Shown: positions 27,272 through 36,824, counted from the stretch's first letter. The stretch: DNA of 64,000 bases from an uncultured Candidatus Saccharibacteria bacterium (GCA_964546795.1 CAZJKG010000004.1:18994-82993); one strand, 5' to 3'. Program-made: numbers and translations. The notes: a model not told the origin generated them from the sequence alone.

Positions 27272-27449
27272 CCGGGACCTTAAAGATCGAAGATATTTTA
27301 AGAGCCAACAGCACCGAGGGCGTGTAGTTCCCCTTCTCGATAGAAATGACCGTCTGGCGAGTGATGCCGGCTTTCTCTGCCAATTCTTCCTGGGTCAGGC
27401 CTTTTGAGGTGCGTAGGGTATACACAGAATTTATAATTTTTTCTGTCAT
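27237..27449 (-). CDS. XRE-family helix-turn-helix transcriptional regulator
   Basis: LTQEELAEKAGITRQTVISIEKGNYTPSVLLALKIS is a canonical Cro/C1-type HTH. Confidence 0.8.
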   Translation of the reverse strand: MTEKIINSVYTLRTSKGLTQEELAEKAGITRQTVISIEKGNYTPSVLLALKISSIFKVPVENIFHISYGK

Positions 27450-27565
27450 GCTCTTGCTCGTGTCGATACAGCGTAGCTGTGCCGAATTGGTATGTCAAGA
27501 GCGTTTTACATCAGGATTAAAATGGAAAGATCTCTCAAAATGTAGTAGGATAAATATAAATAGAT

Positions 27566-27636
27566 TGCCAGATCGTCTAATGGTAGGACCTCAGACTCTG
27601 AATCTGAGTATCTTGGTTCGAATCCAAGTCTGGCAG
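27566..27636 (+). tRNA. tRNA-Gln (CUG)
   Basis: Acceptor UGCCAGA/UCUGGCA; D arm GUCU-AAUGGUA-GGAC; anticodon stem UCAGA/UCUGA; loop CUCUGAA; T arm CUUGG-UUCGAAU-CCAAG; discriminator G. Confidence 0.85.
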
Positions 27637-27818
27637 CTGACGAACGAAGGTGAGGAGGTACTGAGGCCAGCAACTGGGCGAGAGCGAAGGCGTACTGAGC
27701 CCAGCAGGCCGAATGTGCAGAGCGAAGTGCTGTATTCGACGAATGAAGGTTTCGTGCCTAATCTGGGTCATTCTTTCTTACTTCAGAACCCGTTGAACCT
27801 AGGATATACTGACGCTCT

Positions 27819-28739
27819 ATGAAGAAATGGTTGCTATCCGGACTTGGAATCGGGGTTCTTATTGTCGGAGGATTTTTCATCTTACATTCGTATGGGTATG
27901 ACGAAAAGCAGATCATCGCAGTGGCAGATTATAAAGATGCGGAATATGTCATAGACGGCCGGCGCGTACAGCTCGAGGATGGAGTTGCCGAAACCGACGC
28001 TGCCCCCGGCTCGGCATCCAAGGTCATCACGCGCTATTTCGGTAACGAAGTGGTAACCGATCTTGATGATGACGGTCGGGAGGATATTGTCTTCCTACTT
28101 TCACAAGAGACCGGCGGGAGCGGCATCTTTTATTATGTAGTCGCAGCACTCAACACCGAGCGAGGATATGCAGGGTCCGAAGGAATCTTCCTCGGCGACC
28201 GTATCGCGCCGCAGACCACCGAGCTGAGCCAAAACCCGAACCACCAGAACGTCATTATCGTTAACTATGCGGAACGCGCACTCGGAGAACCTATGACTGC
28301 GCGCCCTTCCATCGGGAAAAGCATATGGCTCAAGCTTGATCCTCAGATGATGCAATTTGGCGAAGTGGCACAGAACTTTGAAGGAGAAGCGGACCCTTCT
28401 CGCATGACTCTCGGTATGAAGACATGGGATTGGATACAGACCATGTATAATAACGACACGACCGTCACACCGCTCGCGGTAAAAAAGTTCACTCTCACGT
28501 TTAAGGACGGACAAACCTTCTCTGCGACAACGGATTGCAATGGCGTAGGCGGCGACTATGCAGTGAATGGTAATGCAATTATCTTTACCAACATGTTATC
28601 GACGCTTATGTACTGCATTGACTCACAAGAACAAGATTATACAAAAATGTTGAATCAGGTCCAGAGTTATCAGTTCACCTCAAAAGGCGAGCTCATTTTT
28701 GATTTGAAAATGGATAGTGGCTCAATGATTTTCAGATAA
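27819..28739 (+). CDS. Secreted/membrane protein with C-terminal META (HslJ-like) domain
   Basis: Signal/TM at the N-terminus. C-terminal segment (KKFTLTFKDGQTFSATTDCNGVGGDYAVNGNAIIFTNMLSTLMYC) fits the META-domain pattern. Confidence 0.5.
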   Translation: MKKWLLSGLGIGVLIVGGFFILHSYGYDEKQIIAVADYKDAEYVIDGRRVQLEDGVAETDAAPGSASKVITRYFGNEVVTDLDDDGREDIVFLLSQETGGSGIFYYVVAALNTERGYAGSEGIFLGDRIAPQTTELSQNPNHQNVIIVNYAERALGEPMTARPSIGKSIWLKLDPQMMQFGEVAQNFEGEADPSRMTLGMKTWDWIQTMYNNDTTVTPLAVKKFTLTFKDGQTFSATTDCNGVGGDYAVNGNAIIFTNMLSTLMYCIDSQEQDYTKMLNQVQSYQFTSKGELIFDLKMDSGSMIFR

Positions 28740-28775
28740 GAAGGTTCCCGCGAGGAGATACTGTATTCTTGATAC

Positions 28776-29012
28776 ATGTATTTTGTATATATAATGGAGT
28801 GCAAGGATGGCTCTCTCTATACCGGCATAACAACGAACATAAAGCGCCGCTTCGCAGAACATAAGAGTGGGATTGGAGGCCATTACACAAGATCGAAAGA
28901 GGTCATGAAGGTCGTATATACGGAACAATATCCTGACAGATCATCGGCCTCAAAAAGAGAATCAGAAATCAAAAGTTGGCGTCGCGAAAAAAAGTTAGGT
29001 TTATTCAAATAA
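28776..29012 (+). CDS. GIY-YIG nuclease family protein (paralog 2)
   Basis: MYFVYIMECKDGSLYTGITTNIKRRFAEHK. Confidence 0.8.
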   Translation: MYFVYIMECKDGSLYTGITTNIKRRFAEHKSGIGGHYTRSKEVMKVVYTEQYPDRSSASKRESEIKSWRREKKLGLFK

Positions 29013-29077
29013 GATTCCACCTTCGTACCACGCGCGATCAGATAGTCAAATCATCCTCGTATTGTATACTCTTTGCA

Positions 29078-29566
29078 ATGTCTGAATCCGAAATCTTTGA
29101 GACGCTATTCAAAGTCGCGCGGTCGGCTAATTCTGAACGTGGTGCCGTTGCTGCGTGTTTGGTTCGCAACGGAGTCATTCTTGTGATTAAAGCAAGTATA
29201 GATAATCCGAACCGGCACGCAGAAGATCTCTTGCTTGAGGAGATTCAGCAAAAAGGGATGCCTATTGGGAGTGGGGATATTTTATATTCAACAATTCAAC
29301 CCTGCGGCGAGAGAACTCCGGGTGGTGGTGGGGAGATGTTTGGAGATTGTGCGACGAAAATAATCAACTCCCCTATCAAGCGTGTCGTCTACGCAATGCC
29401 CGACATGCACTATTCTGTGAAGGTAAACGAGAGATTTGCGGCGGCAGGGATTACGGCTAGTCCAGTTAACGATTCCGTTCTTACCGAAAAGTCGCGCAGA
29501 ATCTTTAATGACACGATGTTAGATACTGAGTACATCAAGCAAAAAGGAAATCGGGCATTTTTGTAA
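29078..29566 (+). CDS. Cytidine/deoxycytidylate deaminase-family zinc enzyme
   Basis: HAE...PCGER (H[AC]E and PCxxC zinc ligands). Start moved to the internal Met (MSESEIFETLFK) to avoid overlap with the GIY-YIG gene. Confidence 0.65.
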   Translation: MSESEIFETLFKVARSANSERGAVAACLVRNGVILVIKASIDNPNRHAEDLLLEEIQQKGMPIGSGDILYSTIQPCGERTPGGGGEMFGDCATKIINSPIKRVVYAMPDMHYSVKVNERFAAAGITASPVNDSVLTEKSRRIFNDTMLDTEYIKQKGNRAFL

Positions 29567-29607
29567 TTCCTGTTCTAATATCGTACCGTGCAGCCAATCA
29601 ACAATCC

Positions 29608-30201
29608 ATGAAGAAACTTCTCATCTTTGACTTTGACGGAGTAGTGGAAGATTCCTTCGAGCTTAGTTTCAAATTCTTCAAAGAACAATTCGATACTCTC
29701 ACCCACGACGATTATCGCAGTTGGTTTGATGGAAATTTTTACAAAACGATTAAGGAGAAAAATATACCGATTGATATCAATCTCTACTATGAGAACTATG
29801 CAGCAGCACTGAAAGAAAGGATTATCGCGCCAGAAATGAAAAAGGTATTAATCCGGCTCAATAAGATTTTCTCTCTTTCAATCGTATCCTCAAGTCATGA
29901 TGACGCTATAAACGAATATTTGCAGAGAAACAACATTGAAGGACTTTTTGATCAGGTTTGGGGAGTAAACAAACATGCAAGTAAAGTTGAGAAGTTGGAA
30001 GGACTCATCAGTGAGCATTCTATTCCCAAAGAGGATTGTTATTTTATTACTGATACTTTAGGCGATATTCGCGAGTCAAATGAAGTTGGCATTAAGGCCA
30101 TTGCCGTTACTTGGGGCTTCCATCCGAGAGAACGTCTTGAACAAGGGCATCCTGCGGTTATTGTTGATACGCCGCAAGAATTACTGGATTTCCTCTTATA
30201 A
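29608..30201 (+). CDS. HAD-superfamily hydrolase
   Basis: Motif I LIFDFDGVVEDS (DxDG); later FITDTLGDI (motif IV-like). Confidence 0.8.
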   Translation: MKKLLIFDFDGVVEDSFELSFKFFKEQFDTLTHDDYRSWFDGNFYKTIKEKNIPIDINLYYENYAAALKERIIAPEMKKVLIRLNKIFSLSIVSSSHDDAINEYLQRNNIEGLFDQVWGVNKHASKVEKLEGLISEHSIPKEDCYFITDTLGDIRESNEVGIKAIAVTWGFHPRERLEQGHPAVIVDTPQELLDFLL

Positions 30202-30236
30202 AAATTCCAACATCGCACCATCCAGAGACATCATAA

Positions 30237-31895
30237 CTACTTCTTTCTCTTGCGTGCGATGGCGGCCTGAAGAAAAGCAGTGAACAAGGGATGCGGGGTA
30301 AGAGGGCGGGCCTGAAACTCGGGATGGAATTGTGTCCCAAGCATGAAGGGATGCATAGAGCGCGGAAGCTCGGCTATTTCCATCAGTACGCCATCGGGGC
30401 TCGTGCCGGAGAAAACGAAGCCGGCGGTCTCGAGCGGCTTCACGTAGGCGGGATTGATTTCATAGCGGTGGCGGTGACGCTCTTCCACAAGCTCTTTTTT
30501 GTATGCGGCGCGCGCCATAGTACCCTTTTTGAGGTAGCAGGGATAGACGCCAAGACGCATCGTGCCGCCGTATTTGTTATCGGCGAGATGTTTCTTCTGT
30601 TCCAGCATCACGTCAACCACCGGATCGGCAGTGCTTTTCTTGATCTCGGTCGTGTTCGCGTCCTTCAGCCCGAGTACATGGCGAGCGTATTCGATGACCA
30701 TGAGCTGCATGCCGTAGCAAAGGCCGAAATAAGGAATCTTCTTTTCGCGCGCAAATTGTATCGCCCGTATTTTCCCCTCGGTGCCGGTCTCGCCGAAGCC
30801 GCCCGGGACGATGATGCCATTGAACTTCGCGAGCTTGGCGGCGGCCTTGGCGCCGCCGCGCTCTAGATCCTTTGAATTGACCCAGGCGATATTCGCCCGG
30901 CGTCGGAGCTTGGCGGCGGAGAACTTGATGGCCTCGATGACCGAGAGATACGCGTCGGAAAGTACGAAATCGCCCGTATCGAAATATTTGCCGACGATGG
31001 CGATATTGATTTCCGGTGCTTTCATATTCGTCGCCGCGAGCGAGAATTTCTTCCATGCGGCAAGCGATGCTCTTCGTTTCTCGGGCAGGCGCAGCGCACT
31101 CAAAAGCGCGTCGCCGAGTTTGTCCTTTTCAAAATTGAGCGGCGCTTCGTAGATACTATCTATGTTCGGTGCGGCGATGATGCGATCTTTGCGCACGTTG
31201 CACCAGATGGCAAGCTTTCCTTTGCGTTTCTCATCAATGGGCTCTTTGGAGCGTGCGATGATGAAGTCCGGCTGTACACCATAAGAGTTCAGGTCGCGCA
31301 CCGCCGTCTGGGTGGGCTTCGTTTTCATCTCGCCGATGGTGCCGGGTGTTGGCAGATACGACACCATCACGAAAAGCACGTCTTCCGGACGCTCCATCTT
31401 AAGCACGCGAGCCGCTTCAATAAAAAGCGCGTTCTGAAAGTCGCCTATCGTGCCGCCGATCTCAATAACCGAGATGCGGCTGCCGTTGTATGCGGTCGCG
31501 GCCTCGATACGCCGAAGGATCTCGTCGCGCACATGCGGAATGGCCTCCACACACGTACCGCCGTACCCAAGCGCGCGCTCGCGCGCGATGACCGACTGAT
31601 ATACCATGCCGCTCGTCATGTAGTCCTCAGGCGTGAGGTCGCGCCCCAGAAAACGTTCATAATTTCCCATATCCTGGTCGGTCTCGAGCCCGCTTCGCAG
31701 CACGAACACTTCGCCATGTTCGGTCGGGTTCATCGTGCCTGCATCAACATTCAGGTACGGATCGACCTTCACCAAATTCATGGAATACCCTTTCTGCTGC
31801 AGAAGAAGGCCTATGGAACTGGTCACTACGCCCTTGCCGACGCCGCTCATCACCCCGCCCAACACGAATATATATTTATGACCTTCCTTTGCCAT
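30237..31895 (-). CDS. pyrG: CTP synthase
   Basis: N-terminal KYIFVLGGVMSGVGKGVVTSSIG; glutamine amidotransferase domain with GLCYGMQ; 552 aa. Confidence 0.95.
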   Translation of the reverse strand: MAKEGHKYIFVLGGVMSGVGKGVVTSSIGLLLQQKGYSMNLVKVDPYLNVDAGTMNPTEHGEVFVLRSGLETDQDMGNYERFLGRDLTPEDYMTSGMVYQSVIARERALGYGGTCVEAIPHVRDEILRRIEAATAYNGSRISVIEIGGTIGDFQNALFIEAARVLKMERPEDVLFVMVSYLPTPGTIGEMKTKPTQTAVRDLNSYGVQPDFIIARSKEPIDEKRKGKLAIWCNVRKDRIIAAPNIDSIYEAPLNFEKDKLGDALLSALRLPEKRRASLAAWKKFSLAATNMKAPEINIAIVGKYFDTGDFVLSDAYLSVIEAIKFSAAKLRRRANIAWVNSKDLERGGAKAAAKLAKFNGIIVPGGFGETGTEGKIRAIQFAREKKIPYFGLCYGMQLMVIEYARHVLGLKDANTTEIKKSTADPVVDVMLEQKKHLADNKYGGTMRLGVYPCYLKKGTMARAAYKKELVEERHRHRYEINPAYVKPLETAGFVFSGTSPDGVLMEIAELPRSMHPFMLGTQFHPEFQARPLTPHPLFTAFLQAAIARKRKK

Positions 31896-31897
31896 AA

Positions 31898-32824
31898 CTA
31901 GACCTTCAGATATCTACGAATGGCAAGCACAGAAGCGACCGCACCAAGCACAATGCCAGAACACATGAGTATGGAGAAAATGAGAGCGAAATGATCAGTG
32001 TAATAATTCGCGACATTGAACCCTCCGAACCACCCCGCCGTTTGCATGCCCGCGTACCACGTCGCCGGCCATAATAGGAGCAGAACGAGAATCGCTGCGG
32101 TAACGCCGGTAATGACACCGGTGATGATGAACGGTCCTTGGATATATGTATTGCTCGCGCCCACAAGCCGCATGACCGCGATCTCGTCCTTGGCGGTATA
32201 AATCGCAAGACGGATAGTCGCGAGCGCAATGAGAATTGAAGCAATCGCAAAGAGAATGACTATCGCAAAACCTATCTCGCGCGTCGCCTGTATCGCAAGA
32301 GCAAGGCGGTCGATGACATCCTTGTTCTGTGCATAGTTGATACGGTCTATGAGAGACGTGCCGCCAGCAGAGAGTGCGGGCGAGGCCTCAAGAAAATGCA
32401 CGATGCTTTCATATTCGGAAGGATTCTTAGCCCGCACGGAGAGCGAAGCATCCAGAGGATTCCCGCCGAGCTCGTTAAGCGCTTGGAGGGTAAGTTGGTC
32501 ATTCGCGTGCCGTTCGCGGAAAGCCGCCAGGGCGTCGGTGGCGGAAGTGTAAATGACGCTCTCCACCTGCGGCAATTTCTCGATTTGATCCTTCACGGCG
32601 AGGATTTGGGGCTCAGTCGCGGCGGTAACAAAGTAGACCGAAACATTCACTTTATCCTTGATAGTGTTCAGCGTGAAGGAAAGGAGGGAGGAAAGAAAGA
32701 TCAAAGAGGCGATGATGCCGAGGGTTACGGTCATGATGAGCACTGTCGCCACTGCGACCGCGCCGCCGCGCATAAAGTTCTTGCCGCCGCCCACGAGCAT
32801 CCGCTTCACAACCATCCAGGTCAT
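31898..32824 (-). CDS. ftsX: Cell-division ABC transporter permease FtsX
   Basis: Four TM segments with a large periplasmic loop; located immediately downstream of ftsE. Confidence 0.85.
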   Translation of the reverse strand: MTWMVVKRMLVGGGKNFMRGGAVAVATVLIMTVTLGIIASLIFLSSLLSFTLNTIKDKVNVSVYFVTAATEPQILAVKDQIEKLPQVESVIYTSATDALAAFRERHANDQLTLQALNELGGNPLDASLSVRAKNPSEYESIVHFLEASPALSAGGTSLIDRINYAQNKDVIDRLALAIQATREIGFAIVILFAIASILIALATIRLAIYTAKDEIAVMRLVGASNTYIQGPFIITGVITGVTAAILVLLLLWPATWYAGMQTAGWFGGFNVANYYTDHFALIFSILMCSGIVLGAVASVLAIRRYLKV

Positions 32825-32918
32825 AGGTCTATTATAGCAGTCGCCTCAATTTTTTGGCAGGAGGAAACCAGAAAATTATCGGCATCTAACGAAAACATAG
32901 CCGCTACGCTCGTTGTTT

Positions 32919-33596
32919 TCATAAGATATACTTCCCGCCCGCATCGTCGCGCACCATCCTCCCGCGGTCTATGGTGATGACACGCTTGCCGATGGCGTCG
33001 ACCACATCCTTATTGTGCGTCGTGATGACAATGGTCGTGCCAAGCTGATTTATTTTCTTCAGTATTTCAACGACCTCATAGGCATTTATGGGATCGAGAT
33101 TGCCGGTCGGCTCATCCGCAACGATGAGCTCCGGCTGGTTGATGATTGCGCGGCCGATGGCGATGCGCTGCTTCTCGCCTCCCGAGAGCTGATCGGGAAA
33201 ATGCGTCGCCTTATCGGCGAGATTCACCAGTTCAAGGATATGCGGTACGTCAGTCGCTATCTCCTCGTCCGAGCGGCCGGCGGCTTCCATCGCAAAAGCG
33301 ATGTTCTCATAGGCGGTCTTGTTGGGGATGAGACGGAAATCCTGAAATACCATGCCGATCTTTCGGCGATAGTAATGCAGCGCCGAGCTCGGCAGGTCGT
33401 TTACATCTATGGATTCAAAAAAAACGTTGCCGTCGGTCGGCTTTTCTTCAACAAGGAGGAGTTTCAGAAGCGTTGTCTTGCCCGCGCCCGAGTGGCCGAC
33501 GACGGAGACGAATTCTTTTGGCGCGACGGAGAGGGTAATTCCCTCAAGTGCTACCGTATCCCCGTATCGCTTCGTCACCTTGTCGAAATAGATCAT
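32919..33596 (-). CDS. ftsE: Cell-division ABC transporter ATP-binding protein FtsE
   Basis: [13 protein letters not shown] Walker A; LSGGEKQR signature; [13 protein letters not shown] Walker B. Confidence 0.9.
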   Translation of the reverse strand: MIYFDKVTKRYGDTVALEGITLSVAPKEFVSVVGHSGAGKTTLLKLLLVEEKPTDGNVFFESIDVNDLPSSALHYYRRKIGMVFQDFRLIPNKTAYENIAFAMEAAGRSDEEIATDVPHILELVNLADKATHFPDQLSGGEKQRIAIGRAIINQPELIVADEPTGNLDPINAYEVVEILKKINQLGTTIVITTHNKDVVDAIGKRVITIDRGRMVRDDAGGKYIL

Positions 33597-33608
33597 GTGT
33601 TCCGCCTA

Positions 33609-33839
33609 TTATACCCTATCCTTGTTCAAAATCTCAACCATGCTCCGCAAGCGGTAGGTATTCCCATGGCTTAAAAGGCCGAGATAGGATTGAATTGTCT
33701 CTTTTTTGCCATTCACTTCTCTTATTCTCTTGAACATCCTGTGTTTCGTAGCTGTGCGAAGTACGCGATGGCCTGGGAAATGCACCCAACCGAGGAAATC
33801 GACACCGGAAGCGAATGAAGAAAGATACCTTATGAGCAA
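33609..33839 (-). pseudogene. Possible C-terminal fragment of a reverse transcriptase (RT motif 7 / thumb-like)
   Basis: VDFLGWVHFPGHRVLR resembles the FLG[FY] motif that follows YADD in group II intron/retron RTs. No upstream RT motifs are present, so this is a remnant at best. Confidence 0.2.
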
Positions 33840-33930
33840 GGACTACCCTTGCTCACTTGCTCATAAAAAGAAATACCGGCTCAAAGATACGAAGTATCTA
33901 GGAGCCGGCAATTCGAAAAGCGAACAAGGA

Positions 33931-34401
33931 TTAGTTGCGAACGAACACCCGATAGCCCGCGCCCCAGCCGTCGTCGTCGAGCCTCCACGCGAGCACGCCC
34001 CACTCGCGGTAGGCGGCGCGCCAGCGCACGCGCACCACGTACCCCGGAACATAGAACAAGTTGGCATCTCCGTTGTTCAGAAGGTCGCCTTTCTTGCCGT
34101 TCGGTTGTTGCTCGATCATCTGGGCGATGCGTGCGCAAACTTCCGATGCGTTCCACTCGTACCCTTCGGGAAGTTCCATCTTGATCTCGCGATCGTAGGC
34201 GTTCTTCTTCAGGTTGTAGGAGGAGCAGGTTCCGCTATCGAGCTTGTTCACAATACTTGCTTGCGAGAGAATACAGCTTTCGAACTCGTCCGAGACCCAG
34301 AGACCGTCCCGCGTCTTCAGGACTGCGTGCGGATCGAAGGGGCTCGTGAGAGCGGGCAGCGTAATGCTGTCATTCTCGAGCGCGAGGAGAGTTGTTTTCA
34401 T
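33931..34401 (-). CDS. Hypothetical protein (accessory island)
   Basis: 156-aa ORF with no recognisable motif, between the RT-like fragment and hicAB. The long antisense ORF 33706..34542 is judged spurious. Confidence 0.35.
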   Translation of the reverse strand: MKTTLLALENDSITLPALTSPFDPHAVLKTRDGLWVSDEFESCILSQASIVNKLDSGTCSSYNLKKNAYDREIKMELPEGYEWNASEVCARIAQMIEQQPNGKKGDLLNNGDANLFYVPGYVVRVRWRAAYREWGVLAWRLDDDGWGAGYRVFVRN

Positions 34402-34557
34402 GTGATGCCTCCGTCGATGACAGTTGTGAAATGCTGTTCAAGCTCGCCCGTATTCGGGTTTGCCACAGCGGAGAAAAGCCCAGTATTTGAGCCGCTTTCT
34501 GCTATGGCAAACCACAGATATATCAAAGAACTATCTTTTTAGTGTACACGAGATTTA

Positions 34558-34615
34558 TTTACTGTCAAGTGCCGTAGCATCAATGAAATCATCAAGGGAG
34601 CCGTCGAGGGCCTCA
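34558..34615 (-). pseudogene. Remnant of a release factor 2 C-terminus
   Basis: Encodes ...ALDGSLDDFIDATALDSK*. Compare E. coli RF2 C-terminus VLDGSLDQFIEASLKAGL and the intact local prfB C-terminus [17 protein letters not shown]. Lies directly downstream of the hicA stop. Confidence 0.3.
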
Positions 34616-34804
34616 TTTCGGTGGCCACGGGACGGCGAGCTGGCGACAGATGGCGCGGGCGGTATTTTCCAATAAGTTTGCGTGCCGAGGTACCGATGTC
34701 TGAACGCCAGTAACAAGGTTGCGGTAGATAGAATGCTTCGCACCCTCCCGCAAGAGAATACAGTCGTTTTGAAGGAGGTGTGCGACGAGTTTCGTGCGCC
34801 TCAT
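34613..34804 (-). CDS. hicA: HicA-family toxin (type II TA mRNA interferase)
   Basis: KLVAHLLQNDCILLREGAKHSIYRN...TSVPRHANLLENTARAICRQLAV follows the HicA pattern (G.....GSHh...P.H...L...T...I.RQ). Overlaps the upstream hicB by 4 nt. Confidence 0.7.
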   Translation of the reverse strand: MRRTKLVAHLLQNDCILLREGAKHSIYRNLVTGVQTSVPRHANLLENTARAICRQLAVPWPPK

Positions 34805-35049
34805 GCAACCACGTGTACTGGAAATGAAATCGACGAGCGCTCAACGTCTCCTTCTACGCCTTTGAAAGACATGATGCGGTTCGTCTCGAGCATGAGTTCG
34901 AGAGCATCTTTTATGTTTATTTTTGCTTCGGCTTTCGTCTTGCCTTCAGAGATGACATTTGGCATCTCTTCGATCCATGTCGTATACCCGCCGCGCACCT
35001 TCTGAAAGACGGCAGTAAAGGTATTTACTTTCTGTGACCCCTTATTCAT
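34801..35049 (-). CDS. hicB: HicB-family antitoxin (UPF0150)
   Basis: FTAVFQKVRGGYTTWIEEMPNVISEGKTKAEAKINIKDALELMLE is the typical HicB N-terminal RNase-H-like fold. Confidence 0.7.
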   Translation of the reverse strand: MNKGSQKVNTFTAVFQKVRGGYTTWIEEMPNVISEGKTKAEAKINIKDALELMLETNRIMSFKGVEGDVERSSISFPVHVVA

Positions 35050-35059
35050 ACGGTTAATA

Positions 35060-35929
35060 CTATGCGCTCTTGACTACTGCGTCAATGAAGCCGTCCAGAT
35101 CGCCCTCGAGGACCTTATCTGGATTGGAGGATTCGTGGCCCGTACGATGGTCTTTGACCATTTTGTAGGGGTGGAGGACATAGGAGCGGATCTGGCTCCC
35201 CCACTCGTTGGCGGTCGTCGCAGCGATAGAGCGGCCCTTCGCTTCGCTCTGGCGCTGTGCCTCTTCCTTTGTGAATATTTTTGCCTTCAAAAGTTCGATT
35301 GCCCGCTCCCGATTTGCTAGCTGACTGCGTTCGCTTGAGACATGCACTGAAAGATTGGTCGGGACGTGGAGGATGCGCACAGCCGTCTCGCGTTTATTCA
35401 CGTTTTGGCCGCCGGCGCCGCCCGAACGCGCGAATTGTATCTCCAGGTCGTCCGGCTTGAGGTCTACTTTGTCGGTCGCAACCAGGGTCGGCAACACTTC
35501 CACGAGCGCAAAACTCGTCTGACGCTTCGCATTCGCGTTGAAGGGCGATTGGCGCACCAAGCGATGCACACCCGCTTCGTGTTTTAAACGGCCATAGGCA
35601 CCAGCACCAGTTATTTCAAGCATGACGTTACGATACCCGCCCTGATCGTTCTCATTCGCGTGTAGTTCGCGTACGCGCCAACCCTTCTGCGCCGCATATC
35701 CTTCATACATGCGGCGGAGCATGCGTGCGAAATCCTCGGCATCATCCCCGCCTGCGCCCGCGAGGATGGCAAGCGTTGCGTTGCCGGCATCATGCGAATC
35801 GCCGCTACCACCCTCCTTCAGATTCTGATATTCTTGTACGAGTTCCTGTGCTTTGTTCTTGTCCGACCAGAAATCAGGCGATGCCATCATCGCTTCCAGT
35901 TCTGACAGTCGCTTCTCGTTTTCCTTCAT
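35060..35929 (-). CDS. prfB: Peptide chain release factor 2 (N-terminally short, no programmed frameshift)
   Basis: SPF tripeptide motif (RQSPFNA) and GGQ ([10 protein letters not shown]). The start is 1 nt from tRNA-Thr, leaving no room for the canonical +1 frameshift segment. Confidence 0.9.
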   Translation of the reverse strand: MKENEKRLSELEAMMASPDFWSDKNKAQELVQEYQNLKEGGSGDSHDAGNATLAILAGAGGDDAEDFARMLRRMYEGYAAQKGWRVRELHANENDQGGYRNVMLEITGAGAYGRLKHEAGVHRLVRQSPFNANAKRQTSFALVEVLPTLVATDKVDLKPDDLEIQFARSGGAGGQNVNKRETAVRILHVPTNLSVHVSSERSQLANRERAIELLKAKIFTKEEAQRQSEAKGRSIAATTANEWGSQIRSYVLHPYKMVKDHRTGHESSNPDKVLEGDLDGFIDAVVKSA

Positions 35930-35930
35930 G

Positions 35931-36003
35931 AGCCGGAGATCGGATTCGGACCGATGGCCTACCCCTTACGAAGGGGTTGCTCTACCAACTGAGCTACTCC
36001 GGC
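35931..36003 (-). tRNA. tRNA-Thr (CGU)
   Basis: Acceptor GCCGGAG/CUCCGGC; D arm GCUC-AGUUGGUA-GAGC; anticodon stem ACCCC/GGGGU; loop UUCGUAA; T arm AUCGG-UCCGAAU-CCGAU. Confidence 0.85.
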
Positions 36004-36025
36004 AGGTGAGTATATGAAGAAATTA

Positions 36026-36478
36026 TCATGATTTCTTCTTTCTAGCGAGAAGTTTTCCTTCTTGTGCCCGCTTACTTGGTGCCCGTGATGACCTTCCGTT
36101 TCCCTTATTTGAACCTCCATATGTTGGATTCAACGCATCGCAATTCGGACATACGAGACGGAGATTTTCTTCAGAATTATTACGCCAATTGCCATCAATA
36201 TGGTCAGCGACCAGCGGTACAAGATTTGTCTTTGGGTTAACTCTCGCCCACCCGCAGAGTAGACATCTGTTGTCGAACTTCTCCCGAAGATATTTCTTTA
36301 CCGGTTTCGAAACCAATCCTATAGAACTCAGACCGCTTATATTACCACTTTTCCATCGCTTTATATATTCCCGGTATTGGAATTCATGCTGACAATTATT
36401 ACTGCAATATCTGTAAAATGAGCGAGCAGGTTCTTTGTCGCATACAGGACATTTTGGTCTCGGTTTCTTCGGATTCAT
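36026..36478 (-). CDS. HNH endonuclease
   Basis: CPVCDK...C..NC zinc knuckle plus HNH core DHIDGNWRNNSEENLRLVCPNCDALN. Sits between two tRNA genes. Confidence 0.75.
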   Translation of the reverse strand: MNPKKPRPKCPVCDKEPARSFYRYCSNNCQHEFQYREYIKRWKSGNISGLSSIGLVSKPVKKYLREKFDNRCLLCGWARVNPKTNLVPLVADHIDGNWRNNSEENLRLVCPNCDALNPTYGGSNKGNGRSSRAPSKRAQEGKLLARKKKS

Positions 36479-36563
36479 TCATGCATTATAGCTGAAACGC
36501 AGACCATTTTTGTCATATAACAATGGTCGTATGTTGATAACGAAGTTGACCTACCTTTGATTC

Positions 36564-36824
36564 TGGAGCCGAGAGTCGGGATTGAACCGACGACCTCGTC
36601 CTTCGCTTTTACCTTCTCTCCTTATGCCGCGTAAAGAAGGGCTAGACTGTATCTTTGCCCCTAGGGGGCACCCTTGTCAGTCGTTCGGGCCTTCAAAAAG
36701 AGTGCCACGGTCTTGGCCAGCGGGGCTATTAACCGTTATTCGGGATTCATCCCAGTATTGCTATTAGGATGGGCGGAGTTTGCGACCCACCATGGACGTG
36801 CTCTACCAACTGAGCTATCTCGGC
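36564..36824 (-). tRNA. tRNA-Thr (GGU) interrupted by a 185-nt intron in the anticodon loop; CCA encoded
   Basis: Exon 1 is 36789-36824: GCCGAGA-UA-GCUC-AGUUGGUA-GAGC-A-CGUCC-AUGGU. Exon 2 is 36564-36603: AA-GGACG-AGGUC-GUCGG-UUCAAUC-CCGAC-UCUCGGC-U-CCA. Acceptor halves are exactly complementary, and the joined loop AUGGUAA is the canonical Thr loop. Confidence 0.7.
36604..36788 (-). other. Intron in tRNA-Thr(GGU), inserted between anticodon positions 36 and 37; group-I-like splice-site rules
   Basis: 5' exon ends in U36. Intron begins GGGUCGCAAAC and ends ...AAAAGCG with a terminal G. Length is 185 nt and it has no internal ORF. Fold not verified. Confidence 0.5.

Noticed and set aside
33706-34542. 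278-aa plus-strand ORF
   Set aside because: Antisense to the 156-aa ORF 33931..34401. Its translation is Ala/Val/Arg-rich, typical of GC-rich antisense frames. No motifs.
34555-34743. 62-aa ORF as an independent gene
   Set aside because: It overlaps hicA in another frame. Only its last 18 codons, downstream of the hicA stop, show meaningful similarity to RF2; kept only as a remnant.
35060-35990. Looked for the programmed +1 frameshift site (CUU UGA C) expected in prfB
   Set aside because: The prfB start codon is 1 nt from tRNA-Thr, so there is no upstream coding segment. This RF2 appears to be an N-terminally short, unframeshifted form.
36604-36788. Archaeal-type bulge-helix-bulge intron at canonical position 37/38 for the tRNA-Thr insert
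   Set aside because: Placing the junction at 37/38 gives a non-canonical loop. Placing it after U36, with an intron-terminal G, restores the textbook AUGGUAA loop and follows group I rules. A 185-nt insert in a bacterium lacking an obvious splicing endonuclease also fits group I better.
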